From assembly GCA_025054695.1 (NCBI GenBank), contig JANWZI010000006.1, positions 996 to 64,995 on the forward strand: 64,000 nucleotides of DNA, written 5' to 3'. Within the stretch, counting starts at the first letter, position 1, and each line of letters begins with the position of its first letter. Shown piece by piece: positions 32,479 to 41,036 of the stretch. Below the pieces are notes generated by a model. The model was not told the origin of the DNA, made no database searches, and was given only the letters and a program-made list of their open reading frames with translations. This DNA comes from Myxococcota bacterium (GTDB taxonomy: Bacteria > Myxococcota_A > Polyangia > Polyangiales > JANWZI01). The position numbers and the translations under genes were made by a program.

Positions 32479-34149
32479 TCACGGGCCGGTGCGGAACGTC
32501 GCACGGAAGCCCTCGACCATTCGATTGCCGGACAGATCGGCGACGCCGCCGGCGACGATTTCGAGCGTGTAGGACGTGTTCGGTTCGAGCGGGCAATCGG
32601 GGGTGAAGTTCACGATGGCCTCCTGCGCGGACAACTGTCCCCGGACGCGGCCGGCATCGGGTCCCCGATCCGTGGCCCACAGGCGCACGGAGCCTTCCCA
32701 CACGGTCTCGAAGTCCACGTGCTCGTTGAACGAAACGCCGAAGCGCGAGGTGCTCGGCAAGCCCACGGCACCGTCGGGAGGCCACAGCCAGCTGACGCGC
32801 GGCGGGCTGCGATCGGGCTCGGCCTGATGCGGCACGACCGCGGTGCCGCGATCGGGCTCGGCGTCCGCATCCACGCTCAGCACGACCACGTTGCCGATGG
32901 GAGTCGCCGTATCGAGGTCGCCCGCTAGGGCGTAGCGGGCGACCTCGGTGATGCGGGCCGGATCGCGTACGTCGTAAACCACCGCGAAGCTCGATTCTCC
33001 TTGATACGCGAAGCCCTCCTTGACGAACACGTAGCCGCCATTGCCACCCGACTCGCGCAAACCGGCGAAGCGCGGCGCCCTCGGGTCCCGCACGTCCCAC
33101 ACGAGCAGCCCCCCACCGGCGTCCTTGAGCGCGTAGTAGATGAACCCGTCGGCGAACGTGCTGAAGTAGGCCTCGCGCGGCCGGCCCGTGGCGTCCGTCG
33201 CGAGGAAGTCTCCGCCGGGCATCGGTTGGGGCGCTTCCGGATCGGAGACGTCGAGCAGCAGCGTGCGCGGTCCTTCCGCGGTGGTCGCGATGAGGAGATT
33301 GCCGATCACCTGCACCTGTCCGACGCGCATGATGGGCTCGGGCACGTACGTGGCCACGTGGACCGGCCGACGCGGGTCGGTCGCGTCGATGACGTAGATG
33401 CCGTTGTCGGCCCCGCCTGCGTAGACGAACGGGACCTGCCAGAAGGTACTGAGCGTGACGCGCGCGTAGGCGTCCGGATACGCGAACCCTGGCAACGCGA
33501 GGTGCGACGCTTCGGTCGGCTGCGTCGGGTCCGAGAGGTCCCAGAACTGCACGCCGCCTCGGAACGGAAACCGGCTCGTGTCGATGCCGTCGACCACCGC
33601 CCACAGGCCCCCGAGCCGCGAAAAGCCGATGGCGTGCGTCTCGCGCGTGCGTTCGGAGTAGCCGTAGCCGACGCGGCGCGGCGCGCACGGATCGCGCACG
33701 TCGTACAGCGAAATGCCGCCGCCGCCCCATTCCGGCGCCCACGGCATCACGAGGTAGCCGCCGAGCATCGTGACGAGGTTGTGGTGGTCGCTGACGTCGC
33801 CCTCGCCGCCGTCGATGTACGCGCAGTGCGTGCCGAGCTCATGGGGCTCGAAGCGACGGGCTGGCCCGCCGGGGCCTCCGAGCCTGGGATGCGCGTCCGG
33901 CGCCGGGTAGGGGCCGAGAGCGGGGGCGTCGGGTCGGCAACGGTTCACCCGCATCGGGGGTACCTCGTCGCTCGGTCCATCGGCCGCGGCGGCGTCGACG
34001 TCGGGGCGCCCGTCGGGGCTCGCATCGGGCGTCGCGGCATCACGTCGTTCGGAGCTCGGTCCACAGCCGAGGATCCCCCCGAGCCCGAGCAGCAGCCTGC
34101 ACACCGCGCACGTCCATGCCGGGACGATCGCGGCGAGGCGGCGGCGCAT
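32479..34149 (-). CDS. LVIVD-repeat beta-propeller lipoprotein with a C-terminal Ig-like (Big_5/SbsA-type) domain
   Basis: ORF 32479..34224 trimmed to MRRRLAAIV...LLLGLGGILGC/G (lipobox). Repeated xxxxDVxDP units (ISLYDVRDP, VQFWDLSDP, IYVIDATDP, LLLDVSDP, LLVWDVRDP, AVVYDVRDP). The C-terminus VSWLWPPDGAVGLP...NTSYTLEIVAGGVADLSGN is Ig-like. Confidence 0.8.
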   Translation of the reverse strand: MRRRLAAIVPAWTCAVCRLLLGLGGILGCGPSSERRDAATPDASPDGRPDVDAAAADGPSDEVPPMRVNRCRPDAPALGPYPAPDAHPRLGGPGGPARRFEPHELGTHCAYIDGGEGDVSDHHNLVTMLGGYLVMPWAPEWGGGGISLYDVRDPCAPRRVGYGYSERTRETHAIGFSRLGGLWAVVDGIDTSRFPFRGGVQFWDLSDPTQPTEASHLALPGFAYPDAYARVTLSTFWQVPFVYAGGADNGIYVIDATDPRRPVHVATYVPEPIMRVGQVQVIGNLLIATTAEGPRTLLLDVSDPEAPQPMPGGDFLATDATGRPREAYFSTFADGFIYYALKDAGGGLLVWDVRDPRAPRFAGLRESGGNGGYVFVKEGFAYQGESSFAVVYDVRDPARITEVARYALAGDLDTATPIGNVVVLSVDADAEPDRGTAVVPHQAEPDRSPPRVSWLWPPDGAVGLPSTSRFGVSFNEHVDFETVWEGSVRLWATDRGPDAGRVRGQLSAQEAIVNFTPDCPLEPNTSYTLEIVAGGVADLSGNRMVEGFRATFRTGP

Positions 34150-34325
34150 CTTTATTCGCGCGGACGTGGGGGCCATCGGCGCTCGAATCGTACCGCGCGC
34201 GGCGCTCCGGGCGCACATGGCCACGGATGCGGTTCGTCGACCAGTGCCTGCGCGCGGGTCGGTCGTTCGATCGGGGACGCACCAAGGCGTGCGGCGCGCT
34301 AGGATGCGGAGCCGTGCGAACCTCG

Positions 34326-37313
34326 ATGAAATGGCACCCCTTGCTGTGGCTCGTGCTGGTGGTCGGTTGTGACTGCGGGGACGGAACGACCCCTTCGGAC
34401 GCGGGCCCGGCGGACGTTCCGGTCACCGACCGGCCAGCCGTCGACGTGACGGGCGAACAGCCCGAAGAACCGGACGGGGGCGGACCGTGCGTCCGGGTTC
34501 GGACGCTCGGGGCCGACGGCCGGCGCGCGTCGCCCGACGGCATCGGCGGCAGCGGGGACCTCGAGATCGTCAACGGCGTGCTTCGCGCGGTCATCGCCGC
34601 CCCTGCACGCACCGCCCACTACGCGGCAAGCGGAGGCACGCTCGTCGATCTGCACCTGCTCGGTGAAGGCGACTCGCTCAACGAGCTGTCCCAGCTCGGC
34701 AGCCCCGCACAGGCCTCGCAGGTGCGCTACACGGAGCTCGAGGTCGTCGAGCAAAGCGAGATGCGCGCGATCGTGGAGGTGCGCGGGCACGTGCAGCTCG
34801 CGCCTCGTCCGCCCGGTGGCACCGATCCCATCTCGCCGCATCCGGGAACGAATCTCGCCGTGACGACCCGCTATGAGGTGCGCTGTGGCGAGCGCGTCGT
34901 GCACCTCGAAAGCACGCTGACGAACGCCAGCACAACCGAGGTCTATTCGGGCACCGCCCTGCGCGTGCTCGACCTGATGCTGTGGGGTGGACGCTCGCTG
35001 CAGCCGTTTTGCCCGGTCGCGGGGCAGGGCGACCGGTGCCGGCCGTTCGACTTCTCCAATCCACTCGCGAGCCTGGTGCGTTCGCCGTACATCGGCTCGA
35101 CGGGTAGCGTGGCGGGGCCGCCGGCCTCGTTCGCGTTCTACCCGGAGGATCCGACAGCGGGGCCGTTCGTCGGCGTGCACTCGTCGCAGGTCTCCACGTT
35201 CGGCCACTTCGAGCCCGGCGTGGACTACCTGTTCATGGGCGAGTCGCGCACCTATCGGCGTGCCATTGCGGTCGGCGGGCGGGCGGACGGGGCCTCGTCG
35301 ATCGACGTCGCGCTCGAGGCGCTCGCGGCGCAGGGACGGCTGCAAATCGCCACCGTGACGGGGCGCGTCGCTCCGGCGCCCGCGGTCGGAGGAAGGCGGC
35401 CGCTGCCCGAGCACCTCTGGCCGATGGTGTTGCTCGCGACGCCTGCCGCCGAGGGGGACCCGCTCGACCCGGCGCGCTGGACGCCCATCACGATCGCGCG
35501 CGTCGGTTCCGACGGTCGCTTCACGGCGCGCGTCATTGCCGGACGAATCGGCTGGGAGCTGCGCGCGCCCGGTCGCCCGGCGCGGCGTGGCGATGGGGGA
35601 AGCGTCGAGCCCGGTGGGACGCTGGACCTCGGAGTCCTCGACGTGCCCGAGCTGCCCGTCGTCTCGGTCAGCGTCCGCGAGCGGACCGCGAGCGGCCCGG
35701 TCGGCTTGCCGGCGCGCGTGACGGTGGTCGGCGTCGACGGGACGCCGACGCCGCAGCTCGGTCCCGACGGCGGACCGTCGCCGTCGCTCAACCTCGCGCT
35801 CACCGACGGGTTCGGCGAGCTCGAGCTGCGCTTGCCGGAGGGCCGGTACGACGTCTATGCGACGCACGGCCAGCGCTACACGGTCGCGCGCAGGCGCATC
35901 GACGTCGGCGCGGCGGGCGGCAGCGTCGAACTGGAGCTCGTGCGCCTCGACGTCGTCCCGCCGGACATGCTGACGGCGGACTTCCACGTGCACGGCGCGG
36001 CGAGCTTCGACAGTTCCCTTCCCGACCGCGACCGATTGCTGAGCTATCTGGCGGAGGGCGTCGACGTCGTCGTTTCGACCGAGCACGACGTCGTGCACGA
36101 CTACGCCGACGCGCTCGCGGCGCTCGAGGCCGAGCTTCCCCCCACGCGTCGCGGAGCGTTGCGCGCCTTCGTGGGCGTCGAGGTCACCAACTCCGTTCCG
36201 CACGGGGCGTTCCCGAACACCATCGGCCACTACAACGCCTATCCGCTCGCGGTGGTCAGCGGCGCGCGCGCCGGCGGCGCCCCCGACGACGAATACGTCG
36301 AGCCGGGCGCGCTGTACGACCGGATCCGAGCCCTCGTCGGCCCGGCAGGCACGCCGCTCGTGCAGCTCAACCACGGCCGCTCGATTCGCGCGGGCGTGGT
36401 CTGGCTCGGTTACTTCGATTCGTGCGGGTTCGACCCGACCGAGGCCATCGTCGCGGCGCATCCGTGTTGGTCTGGCGTATCCGCGGCGGGCACGCGGCCG
36501 TGGGACATCGACGCGATGGAGGTGCTCAACGGCGTCGCCGACGCGACGTACATCAACAACCTGCGCGATTGGCTCGCGGTGCTCCGTCAAGCGCCCGGCG
36601 GGCGGCTTCCCGTGGCCACGGCCAACAGCGACAGCCACCGCCTCGTCTTCGACCAGGCAGGCATGCCCGTCACGGTGTTGCGCGTCCCCGAAGGCTTGGC
36701 GGGGCTGACGGCCACGCGATTGCGCGATGCGCTGGGCTCGGGCGCGGTCGCGGGGATGGCCGGACCGTTCGTTTGGGCGCGCGCGCGCGAGGTGGGCTCT
36801 TCAGCCTCGCCGGTGGAACCCGGACGTACGGTGCTTCGCGCGCCGAGCGGGCGCGTCGAGCTGGCGCTGAGCGTGCACGCGGCCCCATGGATTCCCGTCG
36901 ACGAGATCCGCGTTCGGTGGAATGGGGAGGTCGTCGTGCGCATCGGGCGTGCGATGCTCGCGCACCCGACCGACCCCTTTGGGACCGAGGGCGTGGTGCG
37001 CTTCGAACGCACGGTCGCGCTCCCGGCCGTCGGCTCGGATGGATTCATCGTCGCCGAAGCGGGGTTCGCGCTGGGTCCCGTCGCGGACGTGGACGGAGAC
37101 GGCGTCGCGGATGCGACCGACCGCGATGGCGACGGAGACATCGACGCCGAGGACGCGAGGCTCGGCGGCATCGACCTCGGAGCGGTGCCCGAGCCGCTCG
37201 GAACGCTGTTCCCCTCGGCGCGTCCCGTCGGCTTCACCAATCCCATCTTCGTCGACGTCGACGGAGACGGCGACTACGACCCACCGAACAGCCCGCTTCC
37301 GCCGGAGGTCTGA
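34326..37313 (+). CDS. large lipoprotein with a PHP/CehA-McbA-like metallohydrolase domain and C-terminal Asp-rich Ca-binding-like repeats
   Basis: Inner ATG of ORF 34116..37313 gives MKWHPLLWLVLVVGC/DCG (lipobox). Motifs are DFHVHGAASFDS...VVVSTEHD and the C-terminal DVDGDGVADATDRDGDGDIDAED...VDVDGDGDYD. The stop TGA 37311-37313 lies in the E9 arm. Confidence 0.75.
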   Translation: MKWHPLLWLVLVVGCDCGDGTTPSDAGPADVPVTDRPAVDVTGEQPEEPDGGGPCVRVRTLGADGRRASPDGIGGSGDLEIVNGVLRAVIAAPARTAHYAASGGTLVDLHLLGEGDSLNELSQLGSPAQASQVRYTELEVVEQSEMRAIVEVRGHVQLAPRPPGGTDPISPHPGTNLAVTTRYEVRCGERVVHLESTLTNASTTEVYSGTALRVLDLMLWGGRSLQPFCPVAGQGDRCRPFDFSNPLASLVRSPYIGSTGSVAGPPASFAFYPEDPTAGPFVGVHSSQVSTFGHFEPGVDYLFMGESRTYRRAIAVGGRADGASSIDVALEALAAQGRLQIATVTGRVAPAPAVGGRRPLPEHLWPMVLLATPAAEGDPLDPARWTPITIARVGSDGRFTARVIAGRIGWELRAPGRPARRGDGGSVEPGGTLDLGVLDVPELPVVSVSVRERTASGPVGLPARVTVVGVDGTPTPQLGPDGGPSPSLNLALTDGFGELELRLPEGRYDVYATHGQRYTVARRRIDVGAAGGSVELELVRLDVVPPDMLTADFHVHGAASFDSSLPDRDRLLSYLAEGVDVVVSTEHDVVHDYADALAALEAELPPTRRGALRAFVGVEVTNSVPHGAFPNTIGHYNAYPLAVVSGARAGGAPDDEYVEPGALYDRIRALVGPAGTPLVQLNHGRSIRAGVVWLGYFDSCGFDPTEAIVAAHPCWSGVSAAGTRPWDIDAMEVLNGVADATYINNLRDWLAVLRQAPGGRLPVATANSDSHRLVFDQAGMPVTVLRVPEGLAGLTATRLRDALGSGAVAGMAGPFVWARAREVGSSASPVEPGRTVLRAPSGRVELALSVHAAPWIPVDEIRVRWNGEVVVRIGRAMLAHPTDPFGTEGVVRFERTVALPAVGSDGFIVAEAGFALGPVADVDGDGVADATDRDGDGDIDAEDARLGGIDLGAVPEPLGTLFPSARPVGFTNPIFVDVDGDGDYDPPNSPLPPEV

Positions 37314-37595
37314 AGGCGGCGGTCACGTCGTTCGATCGCGCATCGGTCGTAGCCTGCTCGCGGGCTGGGGCTTCGTGTCGGACTCGGTCTCGGACTCGGT
37401 CTCGGACTCGGATTCGGTCTCGGACTCGGACTCGGACTCGGGTTCGGAGCCGGAGTCAGGCTCGGGCTAGGACTCGGACTCAGGCTCCGACTCTGGCTCC
37501 GACGCGGACTCCGGCTCGGTCTCGGTCTCAGTCTCGGTCTCGGACCCCGAGGACTGCGTGGCGAGCTCGTTCGAACCGACCGGCGTGCACAGACC
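37308..37595. repeat. hexamer-tract inverted-repeat intergenic element, copy E9
   Basis: The left arm GTCTGAAGGCGGCGGTCACGTCGTTCGA (37308-37335) holds the TGA at 37311-37313. Then GTCGTAGCC, 28 in-phase GNCTCG units (37375-37542), module-like CCGAGGACTGCGTGGCGAG, and right arm CTCGTTCGAACCGACCGGCGTGCACAGAC. Confidence 0.9.
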
Positions 37596-37610
37596 CCGCT
37601 CGGCGTATGG

Positions 37611-38192
37611 CTACGGCGCAGTGCGCTGCATCGCCACCAGCCGTTCGACCCCACGCGTGATCTGCTCGCGTTCGGCCATGGAAAAGCCTTCCCGTTCGCG
37701 CACGACGAGCCCGTTTCGGTCGATCCAGATGCTGAACGGAGCGGCGCGCCTCGGGTTGAGGCGGGTCGTCACGGAGGTGTCCAGGTCGCTCAAGACTGGA
37801 AACGTCAGACCCATCCGTCGGGCCATGGGCCCCGCGCCACCGATGCTCGAGGCGTCGTCCATCGAAATCGCGACGACGACGAGCCCGCGCCCACGCAACC
37901 GTTCGTAGAGGCGTTGATAGAGCGGGAGCTCCTGCCGACACGGCGCGCACCACGTCGCCCAGAACAGGATGACCACGGGACGTCGACCCAGGTGCTCGGC
38001 GAGCGAGAAACGCCCCTGCGTCGGCCCCCCGGGCACCGCGGGCAACGTGAACGTCGCGGGACGCGCGCCGACGCGCGCGCGCGCCGTTCCCGTGGCGACG
38101 GCCGCCGCGCACACCGTCGCCATCGACAGGGCCGCGGCGGCGACGAAGCAACGGGTCGCGCTACGTCGGGCGATGACTCGCATGGGTCGCAT
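37611..38192 (-). CDS. TlpA/ResA-like thiol:disulfide oxidoreductase (thioredoxin fold)
   Basis: ORF 37611..38789 trimmed to MRPMRVIARR... (signal peptide). Active site FWATWCAPC. Confidence 0.85.
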   Translation of the reverse strand: MRPMRVIARRSATRCFVAAAALSMATVCAAAVATGTARARVGARPATFTLPAVPGGPTQGRFSLAEHLGRRPVVILFWATWCAPCRQELPLYQRLYERLRGRGLVVVAISMDDASSIGGAGPMARRMGLTFPVLSDLDTSVTTRLNPRRAAPFSIWIDRNGLVVREREGFSMAEREQITRGVERLVAMQRTAP

Positions 38193-38212
38193 CGAGCCTG
38201 ACCCGCGCGCCT

Positions 38213-40015
38213 CTAGATGCGCAAGACGGCCTCGAGCTCCACGCCTTCGAATGCCGGCACGTCCCGGCACACGCCGTTGGAGCACAGCCTTGTGGCCGGC
38301 GTCCGCCCTGCGAACAGGCGCAGGGTGTGCCGACCATCGCCCAGTTGCCAGCGCGCTTCGAGGCCGGGGTACAGATTGCGGCCCGCGGTGAGCGGACCGA
38401 GCCGAAGGCCCGGCACGTCGCGCTCGGTGTTCCACAGCAGCATGGGAGCGACGGACAGATCGGTGTCGGCATTCGCGTAGCTGATCGTGAGGCCGCCACG
38501 GCGCCATGGCGCGAGCCGCCCGCGGACGTCGCGGCGGCGTTCCTCGCGGTGCTCGAGGCGGATTTCCAGCGCGTGGATGCCCGACGAGAGGCCGAAGTCC
38601 ACCGTACCGTGGACGGTGCTCCATTCGAGATCCCCGGAACCCACGCCTGGATAGGGGGATTGCTCGAGGAACACATGCCGCCGGACGCCGGCGACGACGG
38701 TGAGCGACCAGTCGGTCTCGGCTCCGATCGCGCGCCGTTCGATCTCGAGCCATCCGTGCCCTACCGCGCGCGCCCTCGAGCCCGTCCACGGGTCCTCGCG
38801 GGCGTCGGGAGAGTGACCGTAGCCGGCTAGGCCCGCCGTCGCGCTCCAGGGACCTGGCTCGAAGCCGTGCCCCACGCGCAGGGCCGCCCCGCGCGCGTTG
38901 CTCGCGTCTTCCATGACCTCGCCCGTGCGATCGAGCACGGGGGCGGTCCCGTAGGTGCGCCGGGGCGGCGCGCCGTCAGGCGCGAGTAGGAACGCTCGCA
39001 AATCTTGTACATCGACCTGGACGCTCGTCGGCCCCGCCGACCAGACGACCTGCGCGAGGGCGGCGCGACCCCAGCGCCGTCGGTGCAGGCCGAGGCGACG
39101 CTGCACGTGGTCGAGCCGCATCGCGTCGGCCTCGAGATGAACCGCGATCGAGCCGTCGAACAGCGATGGCGCCGTCATCCGCCAGCCGAGCACCCAGCCG
39201 TCCGCGGTGATCGCGCTCTCGGGGTCCTCGTCGAACCAGGCGCGGACCGCGTGCGCGGCGAGCTCGATGTCTCGATGCGCGCCGAGGCGGCCGCCGCCCT
39301 CCGCGACGAGCAGCACGTCGCGCCCGTCGGGCACGACGGCCATGTCCTCGAGCCGATCGACGTTCTGCGGATTGACGGCGCCGCCGACGGGGAGCAGCAG
39401 GGTGCCGGCCGGACCTCGGGCGTCGCGGAGCGCAGGAATCGCGAATAGGCCCCCGGCGAGCTGTCCGAACAGCCGTCCGTCGTCGTGTCCCACGCGCAAT
39501 CCGCGGTGGCTCGTGTCGACGCCGAGCGTGTCGATTCTCGTCAACGACAGCGCGATGCCGCGGCCGAGCGCGAGCGTGCCGTCTCCGAGCTCGACGAGCC
39601 ACGGCTCCGATCGCCACTGCACGCTGAGCCGCTCGAGCCGGAAGTCGGGACGGATCCGGCAGGTGGGCTCGAGCCCTTCGGGGCACGGCTGGCGCCAGGA
39701 CGCCCCGTCACGCACGAAGAGAGGAAGCAGGGCGTCGAGACGCAGCGAAACCGAGACCCGATCGCCCTGCGCGAGCATCTCGAGGCGCTCGACGCCGACG
39801 AGCACGCGGTCGTCGTGCTCGTGCACGTCCAGGTCGTCGCCGCGCCACTGAAGAAGCGAACTGCTCGTCGCGCTGAGGCTGGTCGGCCCGAGCAACGGCA
39901 GACGAGGTGGCGCGTCGGGCTCTTCGCCTGGACCGGCCGTCCCTCCGGCGTCGGACGATTGGGCCGCGACCGGCGCGCCAATCGCGACGGCCAGTAGCCA
40001 TGCGGCGCAGCTCAC
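38213..40015 (-). CDS. hypothetical secreted protein, probable large outer-membrane beta-barrel
   Basis: ORF 38213..40753 trimmed; its upstream part is only a translation of the E10 repeat tract (PSPSPSPKPS...). GTG 40015 gives VSCAAWLLAVAIGAPVAAQ/SS. The body is beta-rich with Gly/aromatic alternation. The start is uncertain. Confidence 0.55.
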   Translation of the reverse strand: MSCAAWLLAVAIGAPVAAQSSDAGGTAGPGEEPDAPPRLPLLGPTSLSATSSSLLQWRGDDLDVHEHDDRVLVGVERLEMLAQGDRVSVSLRLDALLPLFVRDGASWRQPCPEGLEPTCRIRPDFRLERLSVQWRSEPWLVELGDGTLALGRGIALSLTRIDTLGVDTSHRGLRVGHDDGRLFGQLAGGLFAIPALRDARGPAGTLLLPVGGAVNPQNVDRLEDMAVVPDGRDVLLVAEGGGRLGAHRDIELAAHAVRAWFDEDPESAITADGWVLGWRMTAPSLFDGSIAVHLEADAMRLDHVQRRLGLHRRRWGRAALAQVVWSAGPTSVQVDVQDLRAFLLAPDGAPPRRTYGTAPVLDRTGEVMEDASNARGAALRVGHGFEPGPWSATAGLAGYGHSPDAREDPWTGSRARAVGHGWLEIERRAIGAETDWSLTVVAGVRRHVFLEQSPYPGVGSGDLEWSTVHGTVDFGLSSGIHALEIRLEHREERRRDVRGRLAPWRRGGLTISYANADTDLSVAPMLLWNTERDVPGLRLGPLTAGRNLYPGLEARWQLGDGRHTLRLFAGRTPATRLCSNGVCRDVPAFEGVELEAVLRI

Positions 40016-40019
40016 GGAG

Positions 40020-40335
40020 GCAGACAGGTTACTCGATCGCGGTCTCGGCTTCGGACTCGGCTTCGGACTCGGACTCGGACTCGGACTCGGTCTCCGACTC
40101 GGTCTCGGACTCGGTCTTGGGCTCGGTCTCCGACTCGGACTCGGTCTCCGACTCGGTCTCGGACTCGGTCTTGGGCTCGGTCTCCGACTCGGACTCGGAC
40201 TCGCTCTCGGTCTCGGACTCAGGCTCCGCCTCGGTCCCGGCTCGGCCTCGGGTTCGGAACCGGATGCCGGCCCGGCCGCGAAAACGCGCCTCGGCGCCGT
40301 CCACGAAAGTGGCCGGCGCCGTCGGGTGCGACTTA
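40020..40335. repeat. hexamer-tract inverted-repeat intergenic element, copy E10 (longest tract)
   Basis: 33 in-phase SGNCTC units (40041-40238), including an exact 54-nt duplication (40089-40142 = 40143-40196). The right arm CGCCTCGGCGCCGTCCACGAAAGTGGCCGGCGCCGTCGGGTGC ends at the stop of the 40333 gene. The left arm is weak (CAGACAGGTTACTCGA). Confidence 0.8.
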
Positions 40336-40998
40336 CGACGAAAGCAGGCGGTCCAGGGCGGCCTGGAGCGTCACGAGCCCTTCGCTCGCTCCGTTCTCGC
40401 GGAACTGGATGATGCCCTCGTGGTCGACGATGATGGTCGCCGGCAGCGAGTTGCCCGGGAAATAGATCTGCGTGCGTTGCTCGGGGTCGATGAGCTCGAT
40501 GTTCGTCAATCCGAACGTCTCGACCCAGCGGCGGCACAGCGCGAGATCGGGGGGGCCGTACTCGGCGTCCTGCACCAAGATCTGGATGACCCGCACGCCG
40601 CGGGACCGATAGGGCTCGGTGATGCGCGCCGTCAGGCTCCGGCTCTCCTCGCGGCACGGCCCGCACCACTCGGCCGCGATGTTGATCACGGTCAGCCGTG
40701 TGGCCGGGTCGCACCAATGCTCGTTGTAGAAGGCGTAGGGGGTTCCATCGCACTGCTGCAGCTCGAACGGTCGCAGCCTGCGGCCGAGGCTGGTTCCGTA
40801 GGGCTCGGGCGGTGCCATGCAGCGAGGCGGCGAGGCGTCCACCGACGTGCCCGCATCGAGATCCAAGCCGGCTGCATCCCCGGGCCCGGCGCCCGCGTTG
40901 GTCACGCCGTCACCCCCGTCGTCGCGCCGGCCGTCACAGGCCGTCAGGCCGACGAGCAGGACGATCCCGATTCCTCGAGCCACGCGCGATGTTGCCAT
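40333..40998 (-). CDS. thioredoxin-like (TlpA/redoxin) lipoprotein
   Basis: ORF 40333..41064 trimmed to MATSRVARGIGIVLLVGLTAC/DG (lipobox). Active site AAEWCGPC. The stop TTA lies at 40333-40335, next to the E10 arm. Confidence 0.8.
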   Translation of the reverse strand: MATSRVARGIGIVLLVGLTACDGRRDDGGDGVTNAGAGPGDAAGLDLDAGTSVDASPPRCMAPPEPYGTSLGRRLRPFELQQCDGTPYAFYNEHWCDPATRLTVINIAAEWCGPCREESRSLTARITEPYRSRGVRVIQILVQDAEYGPPDLALCRRWVETFGLTNIELIDPEQRTQIYFPGNSLPATIIVDHEGIIQFRENGASEGLVTLQAALDRLLSS

Positions 40999-41036
40999 GA
41001 CGAAGCACGAATGTAGCGCGGTGGCGACGCGCAGCG

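Noticed and set aside
40029-40304. Low-complexity ORFs translating the tracts (SE-, DS-, GL-, RT- and PS-rich; for example 40029..40304, 7952..8386, 7759..8076, 17299..17514, 43553..43810, 45304..45552)
   Set aside because: They exist on both strands and in several frames of the same tract because the hexamer is stop-free. They have no consistent start context, and the same DNA family occurs in both orientations relative to neighbouring genes. I treat them as non-coding.
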